Source: Octopus sinensis
Taxonomy: Eukaryota
DNA: 64,000 nt
Direction of reading: 5' to 3'
NCBI RefSeq assembly: GCF_006345805.1
Contig: NC_042997.1
Coordinates: 187,178,001-187,242,000, forward strand
How positions within the stretch are numbered: position 1 is the first letter of the stretch; each line of letters opens with the position of its first letter. Positions 1 through 12,806 of this stretch are shown in pieces. The notes beneath the pieces are model-generated. The model was given only the letters and a program-made list of their open reading frames with translations. It was not told where the DNA came from and did not search any database. The position numbers and the translations under genes are program-made.

Positions 1-220
1 TTTGTCTATTTATTTCTCTTCTTATTTCTAATTGTTCTGGAGATAAGCTTGATTGCTGCCTTATTTTTTGTTCCTTCAATAATCTTCTCCTTTGAAGAAG
101 AGTTTCCATAATGGGTAATTTAAAAGTGCAAACATACACATACACAGATATACCAAAGCATGCACACACACATACCCACACACATACGAATTGGAAATAC
201 CATTTTTGATATCAAAATGA

Positions 221-619
221 TTTCAGTTGGCAAGCTGCGGCCATGCTGGAGCACTGCCTTTAGTCGAGCAAATTGGCCCCAGGACTTATTCTTTGTAAGC
301 CCAGTACTTATTCTATCGGTCTCTTTTGTGGAATCGCTAAGTTACGGAGACGTAAACACACCAGCATCGGTTGTCAAGCGATGTTGTGGGGACAAACACA
401 GACACAGAAACATTTACACACACACACATATGCATATATATATATTCATATATATGACAGGGACATGCTTCTTTCAGTTTCCGTCTACCAAATCCACTCA
501 CAAAGCTTTGGTCAGCCCAAGGCTATAGTAGAAGACACTTGCCCAAGGTGCCACGCAGTTGGACTGAACCCGGAACCACTTGGTTCGTAAGCAAGCTACT
601 TACCACACAGCTACTCCTG
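221..619 (-). mobile_element. tRNA-headed SINE, family A, with internal microsatellite
   Basis: Minus strand starts with a CAGGAGTAGCTGTGTGGTAAG head (A-box-like) and GGTTCAGTCC (B-box-like), then GGCACCTTGGGCAAGTG (CORE-like). More than 10 homologous copies occur in the window. Confidence 0.85.
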
Positions 620-716
620 CACCTATGTTTCAAAGACACACTGTTTCTTTCTGTAACTGGAATTGTTGTTGTTGTAATGGTGAATGTAAAATTATCTTTG
701 TCTGTGATGTTGGTAT

Positions 717-900
717 TGATGATGATGATGATGATGTCAGTGCTACTATCACTGTTGGTATTAGCAGCTACATTGGTGGATATAAACAGTGATAGCTATC
801 AGGATGATAAATAGGATGATAATAATGGTGATGATGATGATGATGATGATGGTGATGGTGATAGTGATGGTGATGTTGATGATGATGATGATAATAATGG

Positions 901-931
<31 letters not shown>

Positions 932-941
932 AATGGTGATG

Positions 942-972
<31 letters not shown>

Positions 973-1345
973 TGATGGTGATGATGATGATGATGATGAT
1001 AATAATGGTGATGATGATGATGATAATAATGATGATGTTGATGATGATGAAGATGATGATAATAATGATGATGTTGATGATGATTATGATGATAATGGTG
1101 ATGTTGATGATGATGATGATGATAATTATGGTGATGTTGATGATGATGATGATGATGATGATAATAATGGTGATGTTGATGATGATGATGATAATGGTGA
1201 TGTTGATGATGATGATGATAATTATGGTGATGTTGATGATGATGATGATAGTAATGGTGATGTTGCTGATGACGATGATGATAACGATGATGCCAATGAT
1301 GGTGATGGTGATGGTGATGATGACAATGACGGCAGTAGCAGTGTT
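717..1345. repeat. Compound (GAT)n microsatellite with GGT/AAT/GTT variants
   Basis: Directly visible trinucleotide array; explains the poly-Met ORF 789..1352. Confidence 0.95.
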
Positions 1346-1725
1346 TAGCTGATGACAGCGATTACAAAGATTGTTGCAATGATGCTAAAAATGTAGTAAT
1401 TTACATTTTCTCATAATTTAATCAGGACAATGTCAAAACCAAGTCTTTATCTGAAGCATTTAAAATTTCTTGATATTTTACAGCATTTTTAACAATATTA
1501 GTCTACATCTTTGCATTTGATAGATGAAATTTTATCTACATCTATATAAATTTTAAATGAATAATTAAATTTTTTTTAACATTAATTTTTTTTTTTTTGT
1601 TTTTTGATAACCTTATATGACTTTAGTTTATTTTGATTTCTAATCTGATATCTGAAATTTCAAAAACCACTCCTCTTAATTTAAGTATTTTATAATAAAC
1701 ACTGACAGTTCAGCAAGTTTTATAG

Positions 1726-1791
<66 letters not shown>

Positions 1792-1840
1792 AACAATAGG
1801 AGAGACCACTAAGTGGACCCCTTGTATGCTAGAAATAGAC

Positions 1841-3172
1841 ATCAACAGCTACAAGAGGAAAGGTGATGCTTTAGATAGAAATAACAACAGGAGTATCAAA
1901 TTATTGGATCAGGTGATGAAAGTTACAGAGTGAGTCATAGCCCAACTAATTAGGGAGAGATTTAGCCTAGATGAGATGCAGTTTGGTTTTGTGCCAGGCA
2001 GAAGCACCACTGATGCTATATTTCTAGTAAGGAAACTGCAGGAGAAATACCTAGCCAAAGATAAACCTTTGTACTTGGCTTTTGTTGACTTGGAGAAAGC
2101 CTTTGACAGGGTCCCCTGATCCCTTATCTGGTGGTCAGTGTGGAAACTGGGGATAGATGAGTGGCTGGTAAGATCTGTACAAGCTCTGTACAGGGAAGCT
2201 GTCAGTAATGTGAGTGTTGGCAATGAGTATAGTGAAGAATTCTGAATAGAAGCAGGTTCCACAATGTTCAGTCCTCAGCCACCCTCTTATTCATTATAGT
2301 CCTCCAGGCATTAACAGAGGAATTCAAGACAGGTTGCCCCTGGGAGTTCCTCTATGCTGATTACTTTGCCCTAATAGCTGAGTCACTGCCAGAACTGGAG
2401 ATGAAGTTTTGGGTGTGGAAGCAAGGTCTAGAATTGAAGGGCCTTAGGGTTAACCTAGCCTAAACCAAAGTCTTAGTAATTAGGAAGGGTGTCAAATCAC
2501 AATTCAGGTAGATGACCCTGCTTAATCTGTAGAAAAGGCATGGGTAGAAAATCCATATGATGTACCCAGTGTAAGCTATGGACACATAAGAGGTGCAGCA
2601 ATATCAAAGGAAGGTTAACCGGGAAAATATTTTTTGTGTGTGGCAGATGCACTGGGACAATATACACTGAAGATGTACAGAAAACAGATTCCATCACATG
2701 CCAGGGAGAAAAACTACAAGTATTTAATAGCTTCTGCTATCAAGGTGACCAAGTCTGTAGTGGGGGCAGTTGCTCTGAGAGTGTAGCGATTAGAGTAAGA
2801 ATAGCCTGGGCAAAGTTCAGTGAGCTCCTACCTCTGCTGGCAACTAAGGGTCTCTCACTCAGGATGAAAGGTAGACTGTATGATGCATGTGTGCAAACTA
2901 CCTTTCTACACGGCAGTGAAACATGGGCCATGAATATTGAGGACATGCGTAGGCTTGAAAGAAATTAAGCTAATATGATCCATTGGATGTATAATGTCAG
3001 TGTGCATAGAGAGTGTAAGTGCCCTGAGAGAAAAGTTGGGCATAAGCAGCATCAAATGTGGTGTGCAAGAGAGACGACTGCACTGGTATGGTCATGTGTT
3101 ACATATGAATTAAGACAGTCAAACTGTCCAACCCATGCCAGCATGGAAAATGGGCATTAAACAATGATGATG
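1841..3172 (+). mobile_element. Decayed 5'-truncated RTE-clade LINE (RT, PHD-like finger, GAT tail)
   Basis: Translates with stops and frameshifts to peptides such as IKLLDQVMK, FVDLEKAFDRVP and HGSETWAMN. Colinear with the ORF at 54533..56500. Ends in CCAACCCATGCCAGCATGGAAA plus (GAT)n; most of the 3'UTR is deleted. Confidence 0.92.
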
Positions 3173-3788
3173 AAGGTCAGCAATAGTCTTCCTCGGTCAT
3201 GAGTAGATGGCCATCATGTATGTGTGTATGTATATATGTATGTACACACATACACTTGCATTCACATATATACACATAAGACAAGTAATTTTGGAAGTGT
3301 ATTTCTTGCTGCCATGAGTAATATCAGGAAATGTGGCATACATAAAATAGTTCTAATTTAACTTTTATCAAATTATCCATGGGCTATGAATAATGTCTAA
3401 CCATTTCATTTGTTGGTCTACCATTAAGTGTCCTACCAGGTGGCTTGGCTACAAGAATCCATGTTGTGATTCATCCCAGGAACATTCTAATAACATATTC
3501 ATTGTACTGGAATGGTGATCTTTCAGTGCAAGGAAGTAGAGACTTGACCTGAAGAGACTCATGATCTCCAAGTTAAACAGCCTGTTGAGTGACATTACTC
3601 TGTTTCATTGTGTGTGTGTGTGTGTGTGTGGCTTAGGTACAGAGGGTGCATGGGGTGTAAAATCAAAATTTGCACCCCTACTTACTTTTCCCAAGTTTAG
3701 AAAACTGTGTGTAAAATGTAGCTTGATTTTAGGTTTCTTCTCAAAGAACAAAGAACAAAAACAAATTTTAGAAATATGACTGTCCCGT

Positions 3789-4240
3789 GAGAAGCTTCCC
3801 AACCACATGGTTCTGGATTTAGTCCCACTGCATGGCACCTTGGGGTACTGTCTTCTGATATAGCCTCAGGCTAACCAAAGCCTTGTGAGTGGATTTGGTA
3901 GATGGAAACTGAGAGAAACCCATGTATGTATGTATGTATGTATGTATGTATGTATGTATGTATGTATGTATGTATGCATGCATGCATGCACGCACGCATG
4001 CACGCACGCACGTATGCATGCATGTGTGTGTCTTTGTGTCTGTGTTTGTCCCCCAATCACTGTTTGATGACTGGTGTTGTAGTGTTTACGCCCCTGTAAC
4101 TTAGCGATTCGGCCAAAGAGACTGATATAATAAGTACTAGGCTTAAGAAATAAGTCCTGGGGTTGATTTGTTCGACTAAAAGTGGCACTCCAGCATGGCC
4201 ACAGTCAAATGACTGAAAAAAGTAAAAGAATAAAAGAGTA
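3789..4240 (+). mobile_element. SINE family A with internal (TATG)n
   Basis: Homologous to 221-619; ends in AAAAGAAT/AAAAGAGT tail repeats. Confidence 0.85.
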
Positions 4241-4334
4241 AGGCCTTGTTTGTAAAAAACTTTTGGACCTGGGTTTGAACCCCTTAAACAAATTTCCTTC
4301 CCAAAGCAGAGTGTGTGTCTTATCTTATTTCTAA

Positions 4335-4583
4335 CGTAGCGGCAGAAGAAATACCGATTTCTTTACTACCCACAAGGGGCTAAACACAGAGAGGACAAAC
4401 AAAGACAGACAAAAGGATTAAGTTGATTACATCGACCCCAGTGCGTTACTGATACTTAATTTATCAACCCTGAAAGGATGAAAGGCAAAGTCGACCTCAG
4501 CGGAATTTGAACTCAGAACGTAATGGCAGACGAAATACCGCTAAGCATTTTGCCTGGCGTGCTAACATTCCTGCCAGCTCGCC
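4335..4583 (-). mobile_element. tRNA-headed SINE, family B
   Basis: Head GGCGAGCTGGCAGGAA...GAGTTCAAATTCC. The central GCCTTTCATCCTTTC.GGGT.GATAAA..AAGTA.CAG motif resembles the Nin/Deu SINE domain (recalled, not verified). About 10 copies in the window. Confidence 0.8.
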
Positions 4584-5494
4584 TAGGACACACACTCACC
4601 GAGTGTGTGTCATAGCATCATATGTTACTCTATGTTTAGGATTGTTGCTTCTTCCGTCTTTGTAAACTGATATACATGAAGATGAGCCAACAAAGGACAT
4701 GGTTCATGTAGTGTTCAACTTGATATGAAAGACAGCAAAATCATCCTCAGATCACATTGTTTTCTGCTTGAGGAAAGATGAAGGACACATTGCTTAATGT
4801 AGTGCTAGATACACTATGCACTATGTCTTAAAATAAGATGGGATAGTCACAGCTGGAGTGCTTTTGCCATAGGTTTGCTCTATCAGGAATAATCTAGGCT
4901 CAACAATAACAAAAACAAATACACAACATCCTGTTTCTTTTGGAATTACATCACAAAGTATAATAAATAAAACACCATTTAAACAATAAAAACAATGGAA
5001 GATGCTGCTTCGTGTCTTGTTCTGCTCTGCTCTTTGAGAATGTAATCTTCAGTATGTAGAGTAGAAGGTTTCAAACTGAGTGTCACTGGTAGATCAGAAA
5101 TGGAAAGCCTTAAGAATTTTCACAGATATTTCTAATATTTGAATATTGAAATGTAATCTGTCTGCAAGTAGGATTATTTATGAGATTATTAGGAAGTAAA
5201 TAATATCACCACTTCTAAGCAACAGAAAACTGAAACCTATATGCGTTTCAACAATTCTCTAATGGCTAAAATGGAGAAGAACACACTGCTCTAAATTATA
5301 TGACCTTTTTGTGTTAAGAATCTATTATGTTTGCCTGTTTCCTTATTTATTTATCTGTCTTTCAATCTTTTTATTTGTGTCTGTCTATCTGTCTATCCAA
5401 CTATTTTATCTGCCTCTTTGCATGTCTGTCTGCATGTCTCCCTGCATGTCTGTCTGTGTGCCTGTCTTTCCATCTGTTTGTCTGACAGTATATC

Positions 5495-5726
5495 TATCCA
5501 TCCATCCATCCATCCATCCATCCACCCATCCATCAATCTATTCATCCATCAATCCATCCATCCACCCACCCATCCATCCATTCATCCATCCACCCACCCA
5601 TCCATCCATCCACCCATCCACCCATCTATTCATCCATCAATCCATCCATCCACCCATCCATCCATCCACCCATCCATCCATCCATCCATCCATCCATCCA
5701 TCTACCTATCCTACAAATCATCCATC
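5495..5726. repeat. (CCAT)n tetranucleotide microsatellite
   Basis: Directly visible array. Confidence 0.95.
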
Positions 5727-6771
5727 CCTAGCATATAACCTAGTTCCATTCTTGCAAGAAAAAAACCAAAATAAACAAACTGTTTCCAGAATTATCAATT
5801 ATTTAATAGGTATATTCAAATAGTCAAATGAATGAGGATATATACATATATTTACATATATACATATACATATATATATATATATCCGTTTTACATGATG
5901 TATTTATATATTTCCATATATATGTATATATTTATATATACCCTATGTATGTATGTATTTATAATATGTCCCTGTATATATGTCTGTGTGTGTATATATA
6001 TATATATATATATCATCATCATATACATATATATATATATGTATGTCCATATATACTATATGTGTATGCATTACCCTATATGTATGTGTGTGTGTGTGTG
6101 TGAAAGAGAGGGGAGAGAGTGACTGAGAGACAGACATATACCTTTATATTCTACATCTCTAAAGTACAAGCTCCAATGACATATGTATCAGAAAATGGAT
6201 GCCTAATACTTTAGAATAAAAAAAAAATGAATAAAAAAAAAAGAAACATTAGATATTTAGAGAAAGGTTGAGGTAAATATGATTTGATGAATGTGTAATT
6301 TGTTGTGCCAGAGGACTAGATTGACTTTTTTGTGAGCTAGAAAGATGGTTGGGGAAATTAAGAATTAAATGTCGTTTAGACCAGTGTATCTCAAACTAGT
6401 CTGTTTTAGAATGAGTACTAAAAGGAGATCTGATATTTGAGGTGGGGATCAACAAAATAGATTTGGGAAACAAAGGTCAAATTTAAGAATGGCTATTATT
6501 TTCTGTGAATGCCAATAATCTTAAATTACTTTTCACTCAGCTTCTATCAAAGTTTTTGAAGGGTAGATGGTATGTTTGTTGATGGCTGTTACTTTAAGTA
6601 TTACTAGCATTTATTTTATATTAATGCCAAACAAATAGAAGGTAACATCAGATCTGATAGGATTTTAACCGTAAAAAGAATGTAGCTTTAAAAAAGGGAT
6701 TTGTAAAACATCTAATTTTGCTTTCTGCTGTATTTGTAATTTTTATTTCCTTAATAATTTAAAATAATCAC

Positions 6772-7015
6772 AACAATTGCATTGTGGAAGGTGTTTATAA
6801 GCCATTTAAGAAACACACAAAAACTGTTAGATTCACTTCAACATTTAAATTTAATTTGTCAAAATATTTTCGTCGCTTTGAGACCGTGACCTAAGTGAAT
6901 CTAAAGGTTTTTGTGTGTTTCTTCAATGGCTTATAAACACCTTCCACGCTGCAATTGTTTTCGTTTCAGCACACGATCTCAGATCAGGTCACTTGCTATG
7001 CAAGTACATCTCCAT
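6772..7015. mobile_element. Repeat fragment with fold-back arms, possibly a Penelope-like element end
   Basis: 6772-6838 and 6893-6959 are reverse complements with a few mismatches; 54-nt spacer. Confidence 0.5.
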
Positions 7016-7149
7016 AATTAAAATAATCAATTATTGCAATTTATTTAACTGAATGTGGAAATGTGAAAAATAAAATTGACATAAGTGGAATTTGAACTTA
7101 TAACCGTGAAGTACTTTGCAATTCACTGTAGCATATTATAGGTACTACT

Positions 7150-7465
7150 TTAACCCTTTTGATATCAAATCACCTGAGACCACCCCTGGTTCTATAAAAT
7201 CTTCCTGTTTTAAAGTGATCTTCCATATTTATGTAAGGATTGAAAAACAGATGTAGCAAAATGAATGGTTTCCTTAGGACCTTATGAGGATTTGAGCTTG
7301 ATGTTATGAGCACGACAAAGCTTTCATCAAAATTTCATCGTAATTAATGTTCCAAACATCAGCTTAACAATGATGAAGTTATTTTACTAAATTTTTGATT
7401 AGTTTCAAAATTAATTGAAATGAAGTCAGTGTATTTCATTTGAAATGTGGTAAAGAAAAAGTTAA
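7150..7465. mobile_element. TTAA-flanked piggyBac-like MITE carrying a ~100-bp insertion
   Basis: TTAACCCTTTT left end and degenerate right end AAAAAGTTAA; interior similar to the MITE at 49296-49526. Confidence 0.65.
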
Positions 7466-7988
7466 AAATATTTGGTAAGTCTTCACATAGTTTTGACTAC
7501 CTCTTACATTCTTACTATCTTCAATATAAATGAAAGCTTAAGACATAATTCTGAAGAATTTTTGTGTGGGTAAATAAAGTGATTGCTGTGGTGGCTTGTT
7601 AAGTATTAAGAACAATATATCTTTACTTGAGAAAGACAAAATCTTTGCGAGAAATATTAGACAGATCTAAAACCTTAGTATGATATAAATAAACAGTTTC
7701 TATGATGAGAAATGGAAGAACTAGATGAAAAGGAGTTGCAGGCTAATAGCCATTATTAGTCATTAAATGCCGACCTAAGATCTGATAAGGTTGTAATGAG
7801 TGATTTAAAAGAATCAGGGTTAGAAGTTGAAATGACAGATTTAAACAGCAGAGAAACAAAACTTCATATTTATGTAAGGATTGGAAAACAGATGTAGCAA
7901 AATGAATGGTTTCTTTAGGACCTTATGAGCTTGATGTTATGAGCATGACAAACACTCATAAATTACAAGCTGCTTCCACTGCTTACAG

Positions 7989-8033
7989 ACTGTATAAAAC
8001 TGACTTGCTGGTTTTCTATGGTACCATTGAAAG
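7989..8033 (+). CDS. Candidate micro-exon of an unidentified gene
   Basis: ctgcttacag acceptor and AAG|gtaaat donor; 45 nt, open in two frames (RLYKTDLLVFYGTIE or CIKLTCWFSMVPLK); lies in non-repetitive DNA. No homology recognised. Confidence 0.15.
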
Positions 8034-9092
8034 GTAAATAGACAAGACCACAGAAATTAACTGTCCTGAGATGATAGATATAAGACTATTTATATCTAAT
8101 TCATGTTAACATTGGATATGAATAATTAAAATTTCTACTGTCTGAAAAAGTTATTTACTTCTAAGACTATCAGAAATACAAAGAGAATAGGGGTACTTTA
8201 AGTGTCAGTATAATGAAAGGAAGCAGGAGTATAAAGTGAAAATTTAATTTGTTCATTAACTGGATGTGAGTTTCTTTAAGAATTCTTTTAGTAAACTTTA
8301 TTTTGAGTCAAAAAGAATATTTTCATAGATTTTCTTTAACAGTAACTTCAAGTAGAAAGAGAAAACTTTCCACATGACTTCCTACAGAGGCTGTTCTTTT
8401 GACAATTGCCACCATTCAGCAGCAGGGGGAAAACTTGAGTTGAACTGAAAACTAGGCAATTGAGATCTCAGAGGTAGGATCAGTCAAGCAAATACTTATT
8501 TTTCCTTTCTTTGCCTTCTCTTTTATAAATGGTTTTCTCTTCCAGGATGTCTTTTTAAAAGTCAACCTATATTAATATAGTTACAATCTGCTTGTGAACA
8601 AAATGACATAACCACTCTCACTCTGAGGCAACAGAGAGAATGAAAAATAAAAAATAAAACAAAACAAATGAAGTAAGAAAAAAAAAAGAAACAACCTCAG
8701 TCGAAGTATAACTGAAAGGCTGTTCTCTTCTCACTCAATCCTTCCGGTAATTTATACATATTCATCACTCTTAGAAACCAACATTTTTAGATGTAGAATA
8801 TATCCATTCGGTGGGCTGCTTCCCATAAATTCGACTCCAAGCTGTGAAATGGAGTTAACATATTTTCGAAGGGTTATCACTGCTAACTACTCTATTTAAA
8901 TACATACACATTGATTTAAAATAATAAACCTTGTTTTTCTTTCAGCTTGAACTACACTGCCAATGTCTTTGAGGTATTGGTACTTGGCCAAATTTAACAA
9001 ACTGTAATTTCTAGTTCCGTGAATTCTAAGTCTAAGTTCAATCTTAGTTACCAGTAGGGATTTTGTTTCATTATATTCTCATTTCTGTTCAG

Positions 9093-9128
9093 TGTCTACT
9101 GATGTGATAAAAGAGAGCTGCTGGCATG
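9093..9128 (+). CDS. Candidate micro-exon (STDVIKESCWH)
   Basis: tttctgttcag acceptor and CATG|gtaact donor; phase 1 to phase 1. No homology recognised. Confidence 0.18.
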
Positions 9129-9594
9129 GTAACTCAGGCTTTAATGTTTGCATTTCAAATTAGCCACTTATAAAATACTCGTGACCCAGATGTTATGGAC
9201 AGAGCAGCTTAGCATGAATTTTGTGTAAAAGCATTAAAATACAAGAATTGTGTACAACGGTAGAGACCAAATTGGAGAGTGTTTAAATCTGGTATTTAGA
9301 TCACACTTTCAGATTGTTAAGCCTAACAAATAGAATAATGCTTGACATGGATACAAGTAAGAATTCTCTTGGGGTAAAATCAGTCTTTGTAAAGTAAACC
9401 AACAACAATAATGATTGTAATGATATATTTTTTCCTTTTTGGCCTTTTTAACCCTTTCCTGTCACCTATTAGCTCAGTAATGATGGGCTGTGACTCATAG
9501 CAGTTTTCAAAGTGTGAAGTAGCTGGAAAACATCTCTTACCTTGGCTAGGATAATTGGTAATTGTCAGTTTTACTCATAGAGACGGTTATAAGC

Positions 9595-9795
9595 CAGGCA
9601 TGGTTGTGTGGGTTAAAACTGCTTCCAAACTTCATAGTTCTGGGTTCATTCCCACTGAGTGGAAGCTTGGTCACTTCTTTTTGACTATAGTCTCTGGCTG
9701 ATCAAAGCATTGTAGTAGATTTGGGAGATGGAAACTGAAGTGTGTGTGTGTGTGTGTTTGTATCTCGTCCTAACATCATGTGATTGTTATAAGCA
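9595..9795 (+). mobile_element. SINE family A, 5' part, degenerate
   Basis: Homology to family A head and body. Confidence 0.7.
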
Positions 9796-9807
9796 ATTTA
9801 TTTTTTA

Positions 9808-10030
9808 ATTGCCCACAGGGGGCTAAACATAGAGGGGACAAACAAGGACAGACAAAGGGATTAAGTCGATTACATCGACCCCAGTGTGTAACTGGTACTT
9901 ATTTAATCGACCCCGAAAGGATGAAAGGCAAAGTCGACATCGGAGAAATTTGAACTCAGAATGTAACGGCAGACGAAATACCGCTAGGCAGTTCGCCCAG
10001 CCTGCTAACGATTGTGCCTGTTTGCTGCCC
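9808..10030 (-). mobile_element. SINE family B
   Basis: Homologous to 4335-4583. Confidence 0.85.
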
Positions 10031-10359
10031 TAAAGCAATTGCCACCATCATAGAAGTGGTGCCCTTCATTTCCAATCTTCTGAGTAAATATATCTAGCCA
10101 AAGAGGGTTGATAACAGGAAGGGCTCAACTGGTGCTTATTTTATCAACTCCAAGAGGATGAAAGGCAATGTCAACCTCAGCAGAATTTGAACTCAGAACA
10201 TGAAGATGGGTGAAATACTTTTAATCATTTCATCTGGCATGCTAATGATTCTGCCAGCATGCTGTCTTTTTCCATATAAACTATTAACTGTTGTATGTGT
10301 GTGTATATATACATATATATATAAATATCAAAATAAGCAACAAGGATATCCAGAGGTAA

Positions 10360-10445
10360 TGCAGTATGATCGTTTCACACAACTCCATTTAATTGAACAA
10401 TGCAACCATTACATCAATTTAAATGCAGAGCAATCCTCAGCTGCA
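10360..10445 (-). ncRNA. Type I hammerhead ribozyme motif with long stem II, partly decayed
   Basis: Minus strand reads TGCAG-CTGAGGA-(~55-nt hairpin)-GAAA-CGATC-ATA-CTGCA. Stem I is a perfect 5 bp; the base of stem II is mismatched. It lies in a repeat (10329-10560) homologous to 43226-43495. Confidence 0.65.
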
Positions 10446-10920
10446 CAAAGACATAGAATTTAATTAAATTAAAACAGATGGACACATTAGTATAATTTTA
10501 CCTAAAATCTCCAAGAAGTTAAGGAGATAGACAATGAACATGCTGCCTTCACTTCAAACCCCGCTTGAAGGCTAGAAGTTAGTCAGCTAGAAGTTAGTCC
10601 AAGAACATGTGTTACATATCTGCATAAGCTTGGGTATTATGGATGAGCAGCTAGAAGAAAACCTCTCCTTCAATCAATTAATATCAAATATAAGATTTTG
10701 ATCTGGCAGTGTATCTACGGTTGGATGCCCTTCTTAATGCCAGTGACTCCGAGAGTGTAGTGGGTGCTTTTTACATGCCACCAGCACAATTTGTTTGTAA
10801 TTTGCATTATACCCATATCTATGTGGTATTCAACTAATGTACCAGTGAAGTGGATGTTTTACATACCCCTTTGAAGGAATTTCTTTCCTTAGTTTGTTAC
10901 CTTATATATATATGTGTGTG

Positions 10921-11000
<80 letters not shown>

Positions 11001-11159
11001 CATTTTTCATGTATTTTATATATATATATTTTATATATATATATAGACACACACACACGGAAAAGTGGGTGTTAAAATCATAATAACTAGGGTGTAATTT
11101 GGGGAGATTAACTGTCTTTTTGTTTTTCTTTTTTAGCAATTCAAGTGACTCTTATATAT

Positions 11160-11200
<41 letters not shown>

Positions 11201-11604
11201 TTTTTAATATGAAGGTTTCTTTCAGTTTCTATCTGAATATGTACATATATGTATGTATTTGTGAGTATATGAGTGTGCATGTGTGTTACTGTCTCATTGT
11301 CTTGACATTGTATGATAGTTGTAAATGAGTATCATCATCATGCAAGCAGTATCCTTTGTTTCCAGTCTTCTCTAAAGCATGTCTGATCATGAGGAAATAT
11401 TATCTTATTTGGAAGGAGGTAAAGGTTGGTAAGAAGAAGGGCATCAGACCTTAGAAAATCTGCCTCAACAGATTCTGTCTGATCTACAATGAGCAAGGAA
11501 AAGTAGACATTAAACCAATGAATGTTGAAATATGCTGAATAGGAAAAAAAAAAAAATTGGTGATACATTATTTTGTTTTTAAATGATGTTAAAGTACAAT
11601 AAGT

Positions 11605-11755
11605 GAAGGTGCATTGCTTAGTGGTTAGAGCATTGGGCTCACAATCATGAGGTAGTGAGTTCAATTCTCAGACTGGGCTGTGTGTTGCGTTCTTGAGCAA
11701 GGCACTTTATTTTATATTGCTCCAGTTCACTCACCTGTAAAAATGAGTTGCAACA
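11605..11755 (+). mobile_element. tRNA-headed SINE, family C, 5' part
   Basis: GCTTAGTGGTTAGAGC...GAGTTCAATTCTC head followed by TTCTTGAGCAAGGCACTT. Confidence 0.75.
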
Positions 11756-11905
11756 TCATCATCATCATCATCATCATTTAACGTCCGCTTTCCATGCTAG
11801 CATGGGTTGGACGATTTGACTGAGGGCTGGCAAACCAGACTCCAATCTGATCTGGCAGAATTTCTACAGCTGGATGCCCTTCCTAACACCAACCACTCCG
11901 AGAGT
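11754..11905 (-). mobile_element. RTE LINE 3'-end fragment
   Basis: Matches the 3'UTR and (GAT)n tail of the LINE at 53491. Confidence 0.85.
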
Positions 11906-12473
11906 CAAACTGTATCGGCCTTTGGCTTTCCCTTGGATGTCATCGGTGGTATGGAGAAGGGAGGCTGGTATGCATGGGAAACTGTTGGTTTTCTACAAAA
12001 CAATGGTACCCGGATTTATGCCTCAGAGGGTAACTTTCTAGGTGCAATCTCATAATCATTCTTGACCGAAGGGGGTCTTTACTCTAACATACAATATCAA
12101 AATTTATGTACATTGCAATATGGATGAATAACTTTGAATTTAGTACTCTTTCCATAATATCATTGGATATTATTATATCCAATGATAATAATTAAATACT
12201 ACACCAAGTAGTACATGGGGAAATTATAGTACCCTGAAGTTTAGTACTCTTTGTGAGATGATGGTCACAAGTTGTAACATAATTGATTTTAGTTAATAAA
12301 TATCTGTATATCAGAAACCCGAGATCAATTTTAAATAGTTAAATACTGGTGTATTTACATCTGTTCTAAGTTTCATAGTGAAAGTAGCATAACAAACTAT
12401 AGTTTAACTGTGAATTATCTTGGGCTTCTAATGCATGGTGTGTTGTACGTAAATATTTATTAATTAACTAATT

Positions 12474-12697
12474 ATAATAATAATGAAATTATTGTATACA
12501 GTGCTCAGGTGCACCACAACTTGCCAAAAGTGCATATAAGGCATATGCAGTAATGTACAAATGTCTCGGAAGTGAACAGTGTATGAGTCAGATACATGCT
12601 TGCATGTGTATGGAGGGGAGAAAATCAGGTGTAGCGTTGGCGAATCTCAGGAAGCATGGAAGTTTTGAAGGATGCAATAAACATACAGTATCTTAAA
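12474..12697 (-). mobile_element. 3' end of another LINE, possibly CR1/L2-like
   Basis: Minus strand ORF end ASFKTSMLPEIRQRYT*, short UTR, (ATT)n tail. Confidence 0.45.
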
Positions 12698-12772
12698 TAG
12701 TTTAATCTTTACATCTAAGTTCTGGCTTGTGTTTGATTTAAACAACAATTTATTGTAACTTCTGTTTTGCAG

Positions 12773-12806
12773 GTAGAAGGTTAACGGAATACTTGTCTTC
12801 TTTTGA
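12773..12806 (+). CDS. Candidate exon (RRLTEYLSSF)
   Basis: Strong acceptor ttctgttttgcag, weak donor gtgact; phase-compatible with 9093-9128 and 13054-13110. Confidence 0.2.

Noticed and set aside
7570-7900. Protein-like stretch MEELDEKELQANSHY*SLNADLRSDK...
   Set aside because: In-frame stops, no recognisable family, and no clear splice signals.
11807-12055. 82-aa ORF with normal-looking composition
   Set aside because: It is a chimera of an antisense RTE 3'UTR and other repeat fragments.
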